DNA from: Vicugna vicugna | Lineage: Eukaryota | Length of the DNA: 64,000 bases | Direction: 5' to 3' | Assembly: GCA_013265495.1 (NCBI GenBank) | Contig: MU057947.1 | Coordinates: 1,064,048 to 1,128,047 of the forward strand | Shown: one piece after another, positions 62,392 to 64,000 of the stretch | Position numbering within the stretch: position 1 is the first letter of the stretch | Layout: each line of letters starts with the position of its first letter | Notes under the pieces: model-generated | What the model was told of the DNA's origin: nothing | The model's input: only the letters and a program-made list of their open reading frames with translations | Database searches by the model: none | Position numbers and translations under genes: made by a program

Positions 62392-62725
62392 TTATGGGTG
62401 CATTGTGCCCCCCCAAAGATGTTGAAGTCCTGACCCTAGTCCCTGCGAATGTGACCTTACTGGGGAAGAGGGTCAAGTGAGGATGAGGTCATCGGGTGGG
62501 CCCTGACCCCTGAGACTCACGTCCTTAAGAAGAGGGGAAACGTGGACACAGAGAGAGATGTGCACAGAGGGAAGATGACGTGAAGGCACGGGGAGAAGAC
62601 AGCCAGCCACACACCAGGGACCCCGGAGGCCCCTAGAAGCCAGGAGAGAGGCCTGGGGCAGAGTCTCCCTCAGCCTCAGGAGGAACCCACCCCCTGACAT
62701 CTGGCTTTGGACCCCTGGCCTCTGG
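62392..62725 (+). mobile_element. MaLR solo LTR (MLT1B-like)
   Basis: aagatgttgaagtcctgaccc...gaatgtgaccttac...ccctcagcctcaggaggaaccc. Confidence 0.8.
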
Positions 62726-64000
62726 CGGGTGAGAGGGTCCATCCCAGCCCAGCCCTGCTGCACTGCCCAGTCTCTCCCACAGCCCCGGGGCCCGACCCTC
62801 CTCCAGGCACAGCCGCGGGAGCTTGCCTGCATCTGTGCCGGGAGGGCACTCGCCACATCCCCATGGACCACGTCCCAGTGGACCATGTCCCTCTGCTGCA
62901 TCCTGGCCTCGCCCACTGCCCCGTGTGGGGCTCATCACAGGCAGAGCAGCCCAGCGGTGCTGCAGCTGGAGAGCAACACACAGCCATGGAAGTAACAGTG
63001 CCTGAAAAATCATCTAAGGGAGGACCGTTCTCCAGCCGGCAGCTCTGAGGGAAGGAGGCACTGAGTTAGGCAGGAGGGCTGAGGGCTGAAGGGAGCCGGT
63101 CCTCGGGCCCGGGGGCCACTCTGTCAGGGAGGAACAAAGCTCTCCTGCCGAGACTGGACCAGGCCGTCCGCCCTCTCCACCGCTTGCTCCCCGGCGGCCG
63201 TTCGGGCTGGATCAGTGCAGGTGCTGGGCCCCATTCCCCGGCTTTGTGCAGCTTCTGTGCCTTTCTGGCCTAGCCGTGACCTGCATCTCTTTGGGTTTTC
63301 TGTTTCCAGAACTGGCCTTCCCCATCTTTACGGGGCTGCCTTTCCCCTCCCAGCTGGCCGACGTCTCCTTCGGGTGGTGGTCCTTGTGGGTAACTAACAA
63401 AACTCATTTACCGATTTCTCTTTCATATGTTGATGGCAGAGCTTAAACAAAACGTATTGAGTATTAATATTTTGATCTGAAACACCAAAGCGTTTTCCTG
63501 GATAAATATTATGGCAGTGAAAAAAATCTATTTTAAAAGCATTTTAAAAACTCTTTTTTCAACTGAAGATTAACTTATAATTAAAACATTTTTGGCAAAC
63601 ATTTTTATCTTACTCGGGGGTGAACAAAGAGTTAGGTGCAAATGGTTATTGATTTGGGGCTCCTGTGATCACCTTACTGTTTTGATTAAATAATGAATGC
63701 CATGAACTTTAAAACCTGATCTATCGATTTCTGCCTTGTTTTGGGTTCTGAAAACATTTTCACAATCAATAGGTCGACAGGAACTCTGGAAACTTAGATC
63801 TTCATGTTCCAGTGGAAATTGTGGTACGTGGCCATAGTCCTTCAGTCACTCCAGGATTTGGGAGAAACCGTTTTAGTTTATGAAGAGTATAGATTCTAAT
63901 TAATTGAAGGCCCCAGCGCTGTATTTGTTTTAATTAATATTAATGCAGGTTGGTCATTAATATGTGATTGGAATACAGTGGAACGTGTGTTACTTAGACA

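Overview
Mammalian non-coding, repeat-rich genomic DNA, very probably camelid (a Vic-1-type tRNA-derived SINE and camelid-style L1 tails; recognised from memory, not from a search). I found no recognisable host protein-coding exon. The dominant feature is a near full-length young LINE-1 on the minus strand (7715-14738) with a GC-rich 5'UTR, ORF1 interrupted by a 159-N assembly gap, a ~400-bp inter-ORF spacer and an open 1275-aa ORF2 (endonuclease, RT, CCHC). It sits inside an older L1 tail, which itself sits inside a MIR. The rest is a mosaic of old L1 fragments, MaLR/ERVL/ERV1 solo LTRs, MIR/L2, a Tigger5/MER47 end, two perfect tandem duplications and several enhancer-like motif clusters. The most interesting observations are: (i) a splice acceptor plus a strong-Kozak 73-codon ORF in the L1 spacer whose stop overlaps the ORF2 start, with a matching GTAAGT donor near the L1 5' end; (ii) an 8-bp deletion that rewrites the ORF2 C-terminus; (iii) two related solo LTRs with different central U3 segments; (iv) a candidate L1 3' transduction; (v) a ~120-bp local inverted duplication; (vi) a dense Cdx/posterior-Hox motif cluster. 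None is shown to be a new biological system; all are hypotheses. Family names and boundaries of old repeats are by-eye estimates.
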